A stretch of 64,000 bases of DNA. Source: Chiloscyllium plagiosum (taxonomy: Eukaryota). Under the pieces are notes generated by a model. That model was given only the letters and a program-made list of their open reading frames with translations, was not told the origin of the DNA and searched no databases. A program made the translations under genes and the position numbers. Positions 25,490 through 37,400 of the stretch are shown here, piece by piece (position 1 is the stretch's first letter; the number at the start of each line of letters is the position of its first letter). The DNA lies in assembly GCF_004010195.1 (NCBI RefSeq), contig NC_057720.1, positions 27,901,473-27,965,472 on the forward strand. The letters run 5' to 3'.

Positions 25490-26365
25490 AGTGAATATAG
25501 GAGGCATGGTTGGTATGTTTGCAGATGACACCAAAATAGGTGATGTAATGGACTGTGAAGAAGATTATCTCAAAAGTACAATTGGATCTTGATCAAATGG
25601 GCTGAGGAGCAGCAGATGGAGTTTGATTTAGATAAATATGAGTTGTTGTATTTTGTTAAGACAAACCAGGGCAGCAATTGTATAGTTAATGTTAGGGCAC
25701 TGGGGAGTGTTGCCAAACAATGAGGCCTGGGGTGCAGGTGCATAGTTTCTTGAAAGTGGAGTTGCAGGATGGTGAAGAAGGTATTTGGCATGCTCATCTT
25801 CAGGTTGCAGCTGTACAGTACATTGTTGAAGCCACTTTTACAATACCACATACAATTCTAGTCGCCCTTCTGCAGAAAAGATGTTGTTAAACTTGAGATG
25901 GTGCAGAAAACATTTTAAAGGATGTTCTCTGGACTACAGTTATAGGAAGAGGCTGTATAGGCTGGGGCTTTTCTCTCTGGAGCATCAGAGGCTGACTGGT
26001 GACCTGATAGAAGTTTATGAAATCATGAGGGGCATGGATAGAGTGAGTAGCCAACGTCTTTCTCCTAAGGTGGGAAAGTCCAAAACTAGAGGACATAGGA
26101 GAGAGGGGAAAGATTTAAGAAGGACCTGAGGGGTAACCTTTTCACAGAGAGGGGTAGTCCTTGTGTGGAACAAGCTGCCAGAGGAAGTGGTAGACCCAGG
26201 TATAATTACAACATTTTTAGAAGCATAGGATGGGTATATGAATAGGAAGGGTTTAGAGTGATATGGGCCAAATGCTGGCAAATGGGACTAGGTTAGATTG
26301 GGATGTCTAGTCAATGCAGATGAGTCAGACCTAGTGGTCTGTTTACATGTTGTATGATCTATCAC
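25490..26365 (+). mobile_element. CR1-like LINE 3' portion
   Basis: FADDTKIG, RLGLFSLEHQRLTGDLIEVYEIMRGMDRV. Confidence 0.85.
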
Positions 26366-27308
26366 TCAATCTTGTGGTCTTCTATTTCACTGCTTTCCTT
26401 CTCAGATTTTTTGTATAGCAGAGTGATTTAGCTTTCAAAAAAAAATGTCAAAAGAATTGACGGTGGTTTGAAAGAAACTTTTCCTGCTGGTGATCAAGGA
26501 ATCTGGCACAACATTGACCTTATCAATCTTAAGCAGAACCAGGCAATTCAGGAAATCAGTGAGGGAAACACTTCTTCCCACGAAGGGTGGTAAATCTATG
26601 TAACACTCTTCTGCAGAGGCAGTAAGTACCATCCAATTAATAATTGTGATTCTGAAATAAACAGATTTTTACAAGAGATATATAAAGATCTGGAACCAAG
26701 GTAGGCAAGATAGAATTGGGATACAGATCAACAATTGTCACACTGAATGATGGAACAGGCTCGAGGGCCTGTTCTGGTTCTCGTGGCTTGTGTGAAGATG
26801 ACTAATCATTTCATAAGTCTATATTCAGAGTGAAATTGGCTTGGAACCAAAGCTGAGGATTAGTAATTAGAATTTGGTTTCAAATACTACTTGCGCTCTT
26901 TCAGTAATTACTGCATTTCTATTTAATGTACTTGATTACTGTTCATTTCCCTCTATGGCATATGCCAGATGGTGCTGTATCTATGCATATTCTTCCCCTG
27001 TTCTTCTAATAGTAAAGAGTGGTTTAAAGGTGTTGTTGAAGGAGCTGTGGTGAGTAGCTTAAGTTCATTTTGTAGGTGCATATTATTGCTGCTGTGGTGC
27101 AGAGAGTGAGTGTTTAATGCAATTAAGTCATATGCTTTGTTCTAGATACTGTTGAGCTTTTGAGAATTATTTGAAGTGCACTCATCCAGACAAGTGAGGT
27201 GTATTCCATCACACTTCTGATTCATGCCTTGTCGATGATGACAAGCTTTGGAGAGGGTCAGGAGGTGAGGTACTCACCACATGATTCCTCATTGCTGACC
27301 AGCTCTTG

Positions 27309-29268
27309 GTAGGTGGTATCCGAGACTTGGATCTGCGCCTGGGACGTCTTGTTTCAATCTTTGTTAACCGAGCAGCATCTTTTGTAGCTGTAGAGGCCCA
27401 CACAGGAGGGGCAGTCTCGGCTGCAGCAACTGCACTTGAAGGTGCTGTCCTCTGGTGTTGTCTTGGTGCTTTTTTTTTAATGGGTGTGCTTTTCTTCAGC
27501 AGCAAGCCTCAGCCTCTCTTGTCTTTTTAGACCTCTGCTTAATTCCAGCCTCCAGCGAGAGTGATCACTTGCAATGTCCTCCCACCTTTCAACGTTTATG
27601 TTCAATGACTTCAAGTCTCTCCTGCAGACATCTTTGAAACAAAGATGGGGGCTGCCCTTGTGCTCTCTTGCCGGAGGCTAATTCCTCATACACCAGGTCT
27701 TTCAGTACCCTCCCGTCTAACATGGGGTGTGCATGTCCCAGCCAGCGGAGAGGCTGGGTATCTGGGCATGGGTTAGGACCTCATTGTTGGTGACTCAGTC
27801 GGTCCATTTGATGTCCAGGATGTGTCTCAGGCTGTGGAGGTGGAAGGCATTGAGACGCCACATTTGTCTGGAGTAGAGGCTCCAGATCTCGCTGATGGAA
27901 AGCAGTGTGCTGAGGATGCAGGCCCTGTAGACTGCGACCTTAGTGTGCGTCATCAGCTTTCTGTTCTCCCAGATACTTTGTCTGCTGACGAATGTTGAGG
28001 CCGCTCGTCTGATCTGTCTATTGATCTGAGTCTAGGGAGAGACTGTCTTGATAGTGGAGCCAAGGTATATAAACTCGTGGACTACTTCCAGGTTATTGTT
28101 GTTGATGGTAATGGCAGAAGGGTGCTCAACGCCTTGCAGTTGTTCTTCCGATTATGTTGCCAGTACCGCAAACAACATGCCTCTGATAAGTACTTCATAA
28201 ACCTTGGTTTTCGCTCTCAGCTGGGAAGGACTGAACAGCCTTCCGTCTGATCTGGTGTGGGGATAGACACCATCAGTTGATGTTCCAAAGGCATGACTGT
28301 AAAGAAGGTGTTGAATGGGATGGAGGCAAGGACACAGCCCTGCTTCACACAGCTGCGAATGTTGAAGGCCTCCGAAAAAGAGCCATCAAACTGAATGACA
28401 CCCTTCATGTCTGTGTGGAATGACTGAACTATCTTGAGGACCCTTGGTGGACAATCAATCCTGGCGAGGATTTTGAACAGACCGTCTCTGCTCGCAAAGT
28501 TGAAGGCCTTTGTGAGGTCAATGAAGGCAGTTTGGAGAGGTTGTTTTTGCTCTCTGAATTTCTCTTGTAGCTGTTGAAGGGAGAAGATCATGTCGATTAT
28601 GGAGCATTCTGACCTGAAACTGCACTGAGACTCAGGATATATCCTTTTGGCGATTTTCTGCAGTCTGTTCAGGACTAGGCAGGCAAAGACCTTCCCAATG
28701 ATCACCAACGAGATTCCCCTGTAGTTGTTACAGTCGCTTCTGTCCCCTTTGTTCTGTCCCCATTGCTGTCTCTTATGTCTTGTGGCACTGGTCCGTCTTC
28801 CCAGCACTGGGCAGTAGTTTGTGCAGGTGGCTTAGGAGGATGCCCTTTGTGCACTTGATGGCCTCTGGTGGAATGCCATCCAGTTCTGGTGCCTTCCCAG
28901 TGGGCAGGTTGTCGATTGCTTTACTCCGCTCTTTGGCAGTTGGCAATGCATCTAATTCCACCATGACAGGCAGGTGTTCCACGGAGTCTAGCATACTGTC
29001 CGAGAAGCTGTTTTCTGTGAAGTAGAGTTCGGAGAAATTCTTCACCCGTCTCTCCATCTGCTTGCCCTTGTCTTTGGTCTTGCCTGTTATGGTTTTCAGT
29101 GGTGCTATCTTGCTCTGGTTTGGACCGATGGGTTGCTTGATCCCCTCATACACTCCACAGATATTGCCTGCGTGAAATGATGACTGAATGCTTTTGCATA
29201 GTTATAGCCAGTAATCATTTGCACAGCATCTGGCTGTTTTCTGGGCCTTGCCTTTTGCTGTCTTTAGC
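27309..29268 (-). mobile_element. RTE-clade LINE, 5'-truncated and frameshifted
   Basis: KAPELDGIPPE, KGDRSDCNNYRGISL..GKVFA, YPESQCSFR..DMIFSLQQLQEK, AFIDLTKAF, VKQGCVLA; 15-bp TSD GCTGACCAG(C/T)TCTTG at 27294-27308 and 29269-29283. Confidence 0.88.
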
Positions 29269-29452
29269 GCTGACCAGTTCTTGTAGCCACCATATTTTTA
29301 TGTCTACTCCAGTCCTGTTTGTGGTTGGTAAGCCCAAGGTGTCTGCAGTGGATTCAGTGAAGCTAATTGAATGTCAAGGGACAGTGGTTGAATTCATTCT
29401 TGTTGGAGATAGTCAATAACTAGCACTTGTGTGGCATTGAATGTTACTTCAT

Positions 29453-29916
29453 TGAATCTCTACATTGTGGAAACAGGCCCTTCATCCCAACAGGTCCACA
29501 CTGACCCTCCAAAGAGTAACCCATCCAGACCATTCCCCTACCCTATACCCTAAATTTACCCCTAACTGATGCACCTAACCTACACACCCCTGAAGACTAT
29601 GGGCAATTTAGCTTGGCCAATTCACCTAACCTGCACATCTTCGGATTATGGGAGGAAACCGGAGCTGGGAGAATGTGCAAACCCCCCACAGACAGTCATC
29701 TGAGGTTAGAATCAAACCCAGGTCCCTGGCGCTGTGAGGCTGGTCTGCACTAAGGACAGCAAAAGACAAGGCCCAGAAAACAGCCAGACTCTGCGCTATA
29801 CTGGCTATAACTATGTGAAAGTATTCAGTCATCATTTCACGCAGGCAACATCTGTGGAGTGTATGAGGGGATCAAGTAACCCATCGGTCCAAACCACTGA
29901 ACCACCATACCATCCC
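29453..29916 (-). mobile_element. HE1-like V-SINE carrying an inserted RTE-derived segment (29741-29896)
   Basis: SINE body 29453-29740 and head remnant 29896-29916. Confidence 0.8.
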
Positions 29917-30246
29917 AAACTTGCCACTTGCCAGCCCAAACCTGGACCTTGTATTTGGTTGTGGACTGCTTCAGTATACAAGAAGTTGTGAATGGTGCTG
30001 AACATTGAGTAAACAACCCTACTTCTGACCTTATGAGAAAGGGAAGGTCAGTGATGAAGTAGCTGAAGATGGGTGGGCCTCGAGCATATATGAAGTCAGT
30101 GTTGGAGGATGGATGGAGGCATTGGTTTTCTGCCTCCCTAAACTCCCCACCTGTCCTAAAGACAATTTACTCTGTTCTGCTCAAATGTCAAAATTGCATG
30201 ACAGAGATTTCTCCATTTGCATCTGCCGAAGGTTGTTTTTTTCCAG

Positions 30247-30420
30247 TGATTGTGATCCAACTTGCAAGCTCTCATGTTGGCTTTCAGTTTGCCTTTATGT
30301 CAAAGTTTGAGACATTTTATGGTGCAGCTTTCCATGCTCAGCTGGCTTTAGAGTTCAGTCTGTACTATCTGAGAATCTACTATGTCAACCATCTGACTGA
30401 AAAAGTGAAGCCTAGTTCTG
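30247..30420 (+). CDS. Candidate coding exon of an unidentified host gene
   Basis: TTTTTTTCCAG acceptor, CTG|GTGAGT donor, 174 nt symmetric phase 1-1, open frame IVIQLASSHVGFQFAFMSKFETFYGAAFHAQLALEFSLYYLRIYYVNHLTEKVKPSS; no recognisable homology. Confidence 0.25.
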
Positions 30421-31744
30421 GTGAGTATTCTTTCTATGCAAAAACATGGGTGCTGGTAATTTTATCCTGCTATCTTATGCTGCAAGTATATCTCAGATAG
30501 CGAGTATGGAATGTTTCTATTTGCTTTAGGTAGCTAGGTCATTTAAGTCTTGTATCCATAAAGAGGTGATGTAAGAACTACTGCCTGATAGTTAGATCAT
30601 CATTTGTTCTCGAACTCCATCCGCCTTTCCAAAATCTGCTTTTGTCAAATGATGAGTGAATTTCTTCATCCAGCATTGTGTATTGCCAATAAAGGGCTTT
30701 TGTATGTCAGTTAATTACAAATCATATATTTTAAAATATGCTAATAAGCAAATGTATAAACGTGCTCAATAAAGATGAACAATATTGCTTCAATATGAAA
30801 AGATTAAAGTAATTTCTATTTGTGTTCTTTGAGATGTTCCAAAGTCACTAAAGTCATTTATTTTAATGTCAATGTAATTTTCATCTTTTAAATAATTATT
30901 ATTCCAATGTAACTGAGGAATATTCATATATATGGATATAAGTGTCCGGAGTGTCATGTCACTCATGACTGTATCACAGGCAAGATACTGGGTGGCAGGC
31001 TATTTTACGCAGCACATGCTGGATTTGAGAAATATAGTTGATGAAGCTCTAGCATGAGAGTTTAAAACTGTGAATACTTCAAAATCTGGGGACAACAAAA
31101 ACAACATCCTAAAAACATTGAAAAACTTTAAAGAAATGTTTTGCTAGCTTAACATCCAGTTCAGAAATTATACTGCCAATATACAAACAGTAGAATTATG
31201 CGCATAATTTAGGACAGTGTTTCATTGTGTCTGAAATATTGTGTTTTGAAATAACCCTAGCCCTATCACATAATTGGACCACGTCAAAATGACAGAATAG
31301 CAATGGTGTTACCAATGTGAAACACACTCCCAAAAAGTTCTGGCAGTATTGTTTGTCATAAAATGGCCGAAAGGATATAAAATATCCTTTGTGCTGAATA
31401 TTGGCACTGACTCTTTTTAAACTCAACATGTCATGTTTAAATAATTTATACTATGCAGGCTAAATATTTTAGATGGCAACTTCCACTACTGTATCTCCGT
31501 ACAGCTAATTGCCAAATGTACAGGCCTTCAGGGATCTGAGGCAACAGTATAGAACTGTGTGCCTCCTCAAACAGGCAGATTAAAGGATTCTGAAATTAAC
31601 AGCACAAAGCCTATGAAAGTTGAATTTAGAATGATGTAGTCAATGTCAAATTAGGTAAAAAATAATAAAGGGGGGGGGAGCTTTGGAAAGAGAGAAATAA
31701 AACGTTAAACAAAACTTTTATATTTAAAACCTCCAGTGATCAAA

Positions 31745-32326
31745 ACTTGGACAAAAACTGGATGAGATCAGATCAGTTGATAAGGGGGGGGGGGCGGCGC
31801 GCGCAGTAGATATGGTCTACTTGGATTTTCATGGGGCTTTAGATAAGGTCCCACCTTGAGATTGTCGTGGTAAGTTACCACCAGCTACTAGGACTGGAGG
31901 GTTTGAGTTAAAAGGAGAAGCTGGATAGGCTGGGACATTTTTTCATTGGAGTATATAGGAGGCTGAAGGGTGAACTTATAGAGGTTTATAAAACAATGAG
32001 AGGCATAAGTAAGGTGAATGATAATGGTCTTTACCCTAAGTAGGGGAGTTCAAAACTAGAGGGTGTAATTTTAAGGTGAGAGAAGAAAGATTTAAAAGGA
32101 ACCTGAGGGGCAACTTTTCACACAGAGCGGTTCATAAGTGGAGTATACTTCCAGAAGATGTGGTAAATGCAGGTACAGTACAACATTTAAAACATTTGGA
32201 CAGGCACATGAATAGGAGAGGTTGAGAAGTATATGGACCCAATGCAGACAAATGAGACTAGTTTAATTTGGGAAACTTGGTTAGCCTGAATGACTTGGAC
32301 CGAAGGGTTTGTTTTTTGTGCTGTAC
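31745..32326 (+). mobile_element. CR1-like LINE 3' fragment
   Basis: DMVYLDF..DKVP remnant joined to the GLEGLS..RLKGELIEVYK 3' region. Confidence 0.75.
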
Positions 32327-33018
32327 TGTGATCTAGCTATTTATTAAGAAGTCTCACAGCCACATACTGAAACAGTTACTTCAACTTTATTGCACATAGC
32401 ATCCAAAATAAGACCTGTAAAGTAGGGAAGTTAGCCTAACAACCCAATTTTGCTAAATTCCACCATTAGTTGGGTCACAGCTGTGATTCCAACCAACATA
32501 GTTTGTCTCTGGATATATCCAGAGTTCAATTCTTGTGCAGTGTTGTTCTCCAGAGTTCTGCTGCTGCAGAATCCCAAAGTTGAATTCTTATAGGATGTTC
32601 TGTCTTTTTAAGCTTCTGAAGTCATCAAGTCAGTTGCTTGCTTTCTCACTGGGAGTAGCTTCACTGTTCTTTGTTACATTTCAGTGTTGGTTGTCCTTTT
32701 GAAACATAGCCTGTCCTGTCATTAGCTCCTTCACCTCAGGATATTGCCTGCATTAGCTATCTTAGTTACTCAGTTGGCACAAGGTAGTAAGTTATCATGC
32801 AGTTGTTACCTCCACTCTTCCAGGAATCACTTTATGTTGCTTCAACTCCTTTTAACAGGGATGGTTAATTGCATTCAATACCTTTATAACAATTTGTCCT
32901 TGTCTCTTTCAGCTCAGGAAACAGTTTATCCCAGACAAAGTTATTGCTAATTCTTTTAAAGTTCTGAAGTTTACAGTATCACAAACTGGTAAGGTTGTTA
33001 TAGTTCGACTAGATTACA
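32327..33018 (-). mobile_element. Probable solo LTR
   Basis: Termini TGTGATCTAG / CTAGATTACA form an imperfect 10-bp inverted repeat (TG...CA); AATAAA on minus near 32390; no matching TSD. Confidence 0.5.
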
Positions 33019-33019
33019 G

Positions 33020-33990
33020 GCAGCAGATTAACATGTAGAATTAAAGTACATGGGATTGAGAATAGTGTATTGACATGGAAAGAGAACAGGTTGGAAGACA
33101 GTAAACAAACAGTAGGAATAAACAGGTCTTTTTCCAAATGACTAGTGGAGTACTGCAGGGATCAGTGCTTGGACTCCAGCTATTTACAATATATATTAAT
33201 GATTTAAATGAGGGTTCTAAATGTAATAACTCCAAGTTTGCAGATGACACCAAGCTGGATGGAAGGGTAAGCTGTGAGGAAGATGCAGAGATGCTTCAGT
33301 GTGATTTTGACAAGTTGATTGAGTGGGCAATTGCATGGCAGATGAAATATAACATAAATAAACGTGAGGTTCTCCACATTGGTAGCAAAAACAGCAAGGC
33401 AGATTATTGTCTAAATAGTGATGTATTGGGAAAGAGGGAAGTGCAATAAGACCTGGGTGTCCTTGTACAACAGTCACTGAAAGTAAGCATGCAGGTGCAG
33501 CATCTAGTGAAGAAGATAATAGTATGTTGGTCGTCATAGCAAAAGGATTTGAGTATAGCAATGGAGCTTTAGTGAGGCCACACTGAGAGTATTGTCTATA
33601 GTTTTGGTCTGATTAGAAGAAGTATTTTCTCCTTATGAAGGGAGTGCAACAAAGCATTACCAGACTGATTTCAGGGATAGCAGAGTGTATGAAGACAGAC
33701 TGGATCAGTTTGGACTATATTCCCTGGAATTTAGAGGAATGAGGGGGTATCTCATAGAAACCTATAAAATTCTAACAGTACTAATCAGGGTAAACATAGA
33801 AATGATATTCTGATGATCGAGAAGTCCAGAACCAGAGGGTCAGGATCAGAGGATACAGGGTAAGCCATTAATGGTTGACATGATGAGAAATCTCTTCATT
33901 CAGAGAATGTCAAGTCTGTGAAATTCTATGCCACACAAAGCATTTGAGGCTAAACACCGAATATTAGAGCATAGGGCTAAAGGGATTTGA
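33020..33990 (+). mobile_element. Old CR1-like LINE RT 3' half
   Basis: TSGVLQGSVLGLQLFTIYINDL..KFADDTKL. Confidence 0.85.
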
Positions 33991-34412
33991 AGAGCATAAG
34001 ATACTGGAGCAAAATTAGGCCATTGGCCAATCAATTCTGCTTTGCCATTTGATCATGGCTGATATGTTTCTCAACATCATTCTCCTGCCTTGTTCCTGTA
34101 ACCCTTGGTCCACTCACCTATCAAGAACCTATCTATCCGTCTCTTAAATACATGCAATGACTTGGCCTCCACAGCCTTCTGCAGCAATGAGTTCCACAGA
34201 TGCACCCTATTATGAAGATGTGGTGTACTGTACCTTTTAAGAGAGTTAAAAGCTAGCAGAGCTACCTGACACAGCACCAAGTGTTCAGAACAAGATTTAA
34301 TGTAACCTTTTCGTCCAGTACTTAGGGTAGCTGGTTGCCTGGAAACGACAAAGCCAATTCGAATTAGGCCAATCAGTTTAAATTATACCCCAAAAAATAC
34401 CAAACTCCAATC

Positions 34413-37400
34413 TTCTGGGGTAGAAGTGACCTGTACATAAAGAATGGATTGCACCAAATTGGAAAAGGAATGTACTGGCAGGGAAATTTACTAGAGCTAC
34501 TTGGGAGGAATTAAACTAGTAAGATGGGGTTGGGGTGGGTTGAACCCAAGGAGATAGTGAGGAAAGAGATCAATCTGAGACTGGTACAGTTGAGAAAGAA
34601 GCGAGTCAAATAGTCAGGACAAGCAGGGACAAATCAGAGAACAAGTTATGGTTGATAAATTAACCTGCATTTATTTCAATGGAGGAGGCCTAACAGGGAA
34701 GGCAGATGAACTCAGGGCATGATTAGGAACATGGGACTGGGATAGAGTAGCAATTACAGAAACATGGCTCAGCGATTGGACAGGACTGGCAGCTTAATTT
34801 TCCAGCATACAAATGCTACAGGAAGGACAGAAAGGGAGGCAAGAGAGGAGGGGCGTGGCGTTTTTGGTAAGGGATAGCATTACAGTTGTATTGAGGGAGG
34901 ATACTCCCAGAAAAACATCCAGGGAATTTAGTTCTGTTGAACTGAGAAATAAGAAAGGGATGATCACCTGATTGGGATTGTATTAAAGAATCCCCTAATA
35001 GTCAGAAGGAAATTGAGAAACAGATTTGGAAGGAGATCTGCTATCTGTAAAAATAGTAGGGTGGTTTTGGTAGGGGATTTTAACTTTCCAAACATAGACT
35101 GGGACTGCCATAGTGTTAAGGGTTGAGATGGAGAGGAATTTGTCAAGTGTGTACAAGAAAATTTTGAGTCACTATGTGGATGTACCTACTAGAGAAGGTG
35201 CAAAACTTGACCTACTCTTGGGAAATAAGGCAGGGAAGGTGACTGAGGTGTCAGTGGGGGAGCACTTTGGGGCCAGCAATCATAATTCTATTAGATTTAA
35301 AATAGTGATGGAAAAGGATAGACCAGATCTAAAGGTTGAAGCTCTAAACTGGAGGATGGCTAATTTTGATGGTATTAGGCAAGAACTTTCAAAAGTTGAT
35401 TGGGCAGATGTTTGCAGGTAAAGGGATGGCTGGAAAATGGGAAGCCTTCAGAATGAAATAACGAGAGTTCAGAGAAAGTATATTCCTGTTAGGGTGAAAG
35501 GAAAGGCTGGTAGCTATAGGGAATGCTGGATGATGAAAGAAATTGGGGGTTTAAAAAAAAAAGGGAGTATATGTCAGGTATAGACAGGATAGAACGAGTG
35601 AATCCTTAGAGAATAAAGGCAGTAGGAGTATACTTGAGGGAAATCAGGAGGGCAAAAAGGGGTTGTGAGATAGCTTTGGCAAATAGAGTTAAGGAGAATC
35701 CAAAGGGTTTTTACAAATACGTTAAATATAAAAGGTACCTAGGGAGAGAATAGGGTCCCTCAAAGATCAGTAAGGCGGCCTTTGTGTGGAGCTGCAGGAG
35801 ATGGGGGAGATATTAAACTAGTATTTTGTACCAGTGTTAACTGTAGAAAAGGATATGGAAGAGAGAGAATGTAGGGAAATAGATGGTGACATCGTGAAAA
35901 ATGTCCATAGTTCAGAGGAAGAAGTGCTGGATATCTTGAAACACAAAAGTGGATAAATCCTTAGGAAGCTAGGGAAGTGATTGCTGCATCCCTTGCTGAG
36001 ATATTTGTATCAATAGTCACAGATAAGGGGCTTCTGCGGGACAACTTCCCGGCTTGGCGAACATACCCACAACTATGACAACCAGCACCGAGCTACAAAT
36101 CTTTACACAGACCTTGAGTTTTGAGGTTAGTTTGGTTGGGATTATAGAGCAGGGACAGGAATAGTTGTTGCAGGTTCCAGGATTTAGATGTTTCAGTGAG
36201 AACCGAGAAGATGGTAAAAGAGGGGGAGGTGTGGCATTGTTGGTCAAGGACAGTATTGCAGTTGCAGAAAGGGTGTTTGGGGACTTGTCAACTGAGGTAG
36301 TATGGGCTGAGGTTAGAAACAGGAAAGGAGAAATCACCCTGTTGGGAGTTTTCTATAGGCCTCCAAATAGTTCCAGAGATGTAGAGGAAAGGATAGCAAA
36401 GATGATTCTCGATAGGAGTGAGAGACAGGGTAGTTGTCATGGGGGACTTCAACTTTCCAAATATTGACTAGGAACACTATAGTACGAGGACTATAAATGG
36501 GTCAGTTTTTGTCCAGTGTGTGCAGGAGGGCTTCCTGACACAGTATGTAGATAGGCCAACAAGGGGTGAAGCCACATTAGATTTGGTACTGGGTAATGAG
36601 CCCGGCCAGGTGTTAGACTTGGAAGTCGGTGAGCACTTTGGTGATAGCGATCACAATTCTGTTATGTTTACTTTAGTGCTAGAAAGGGATAGGTGTATAC
36701 CACTGGGGAAGAGTTATAGCTGGGGGGGAAGGCAATTACGATCCGATTAGGCAAGATTTAGGAAGCATAGGATGGGGAAGGAAACTGCAGGGGATGGGCA
36801 CATTAGAAATGTGGAGCTTATTCAAGGAAATGCTCCTGAGTGTCCTAGATAAGTATGTACCTGTCAGACAGGGAGGAAGCTGTAGAGCGTGGGAGCTGTG
36901 GTTTACGAAGGAAGTGGAATCTCTGGTCAAGAGGAAAAAGAAGGCTTATGTTCGGATGAGATGTGAAGGCTCAGTTTGGGCGCTTGAGGATTACAAGGTA
37001 GCCAGGAAAGACTTAAAGAGAGAGTTCAGAAGAGCCAGGAGGAGACATGAGAAGTTGTTGGCGGATAGGATCAGGGTGGGTCCTAAGGCGCTCTATAGAT
37101 ATTTAAGAAATAAAAGAATGACAAGAGTACGATTAGGGCCAATCAAGGATAGTAGTGGGAAGTTGTGTGGATGCAGAGGAGATAGGGGAAGCATGAAATG
37201 AATATTTTTCAACAGTATTCACTCTAGAAAATGACAATGTTGTCGAGGAGAATACTGAGATACAGGCTACTAGACTAGGTGTGATTGAGGTTCACAAGGA
37301 AGAGGTATTAGAAATCCTGCGGAGTCTGAAAATAGATAAGTCCCCTGGGCCGGATGGCATTTATCCTCGGATCCTCTGGGAAGCCAGGGAGGAGATTGCC

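Larger units (their letters stand above)
22060..25490 (-). mobile_element. Old CR1-like ORF2 (endonuclease region) hosting a SINE, a PLE hairpin and a younger CR1
   Basis: Reverse strand homologous to 34700-36000 (VGDFNF, YVDVP, GEILGQ.NHSS); resumes after about 25430. Confidence 0.65.
26930..30110 (-). mobile_element. Old CR1/L2-type LINE fragments (26930-27308, 29269-29450, 29917-30110) split by RTE and SINE insertions
   Basis: Sequence is continuous across the RTE TSD; style resembles the LINE family at 49830-50170 and 60600-62505. Confidence 0.55.
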
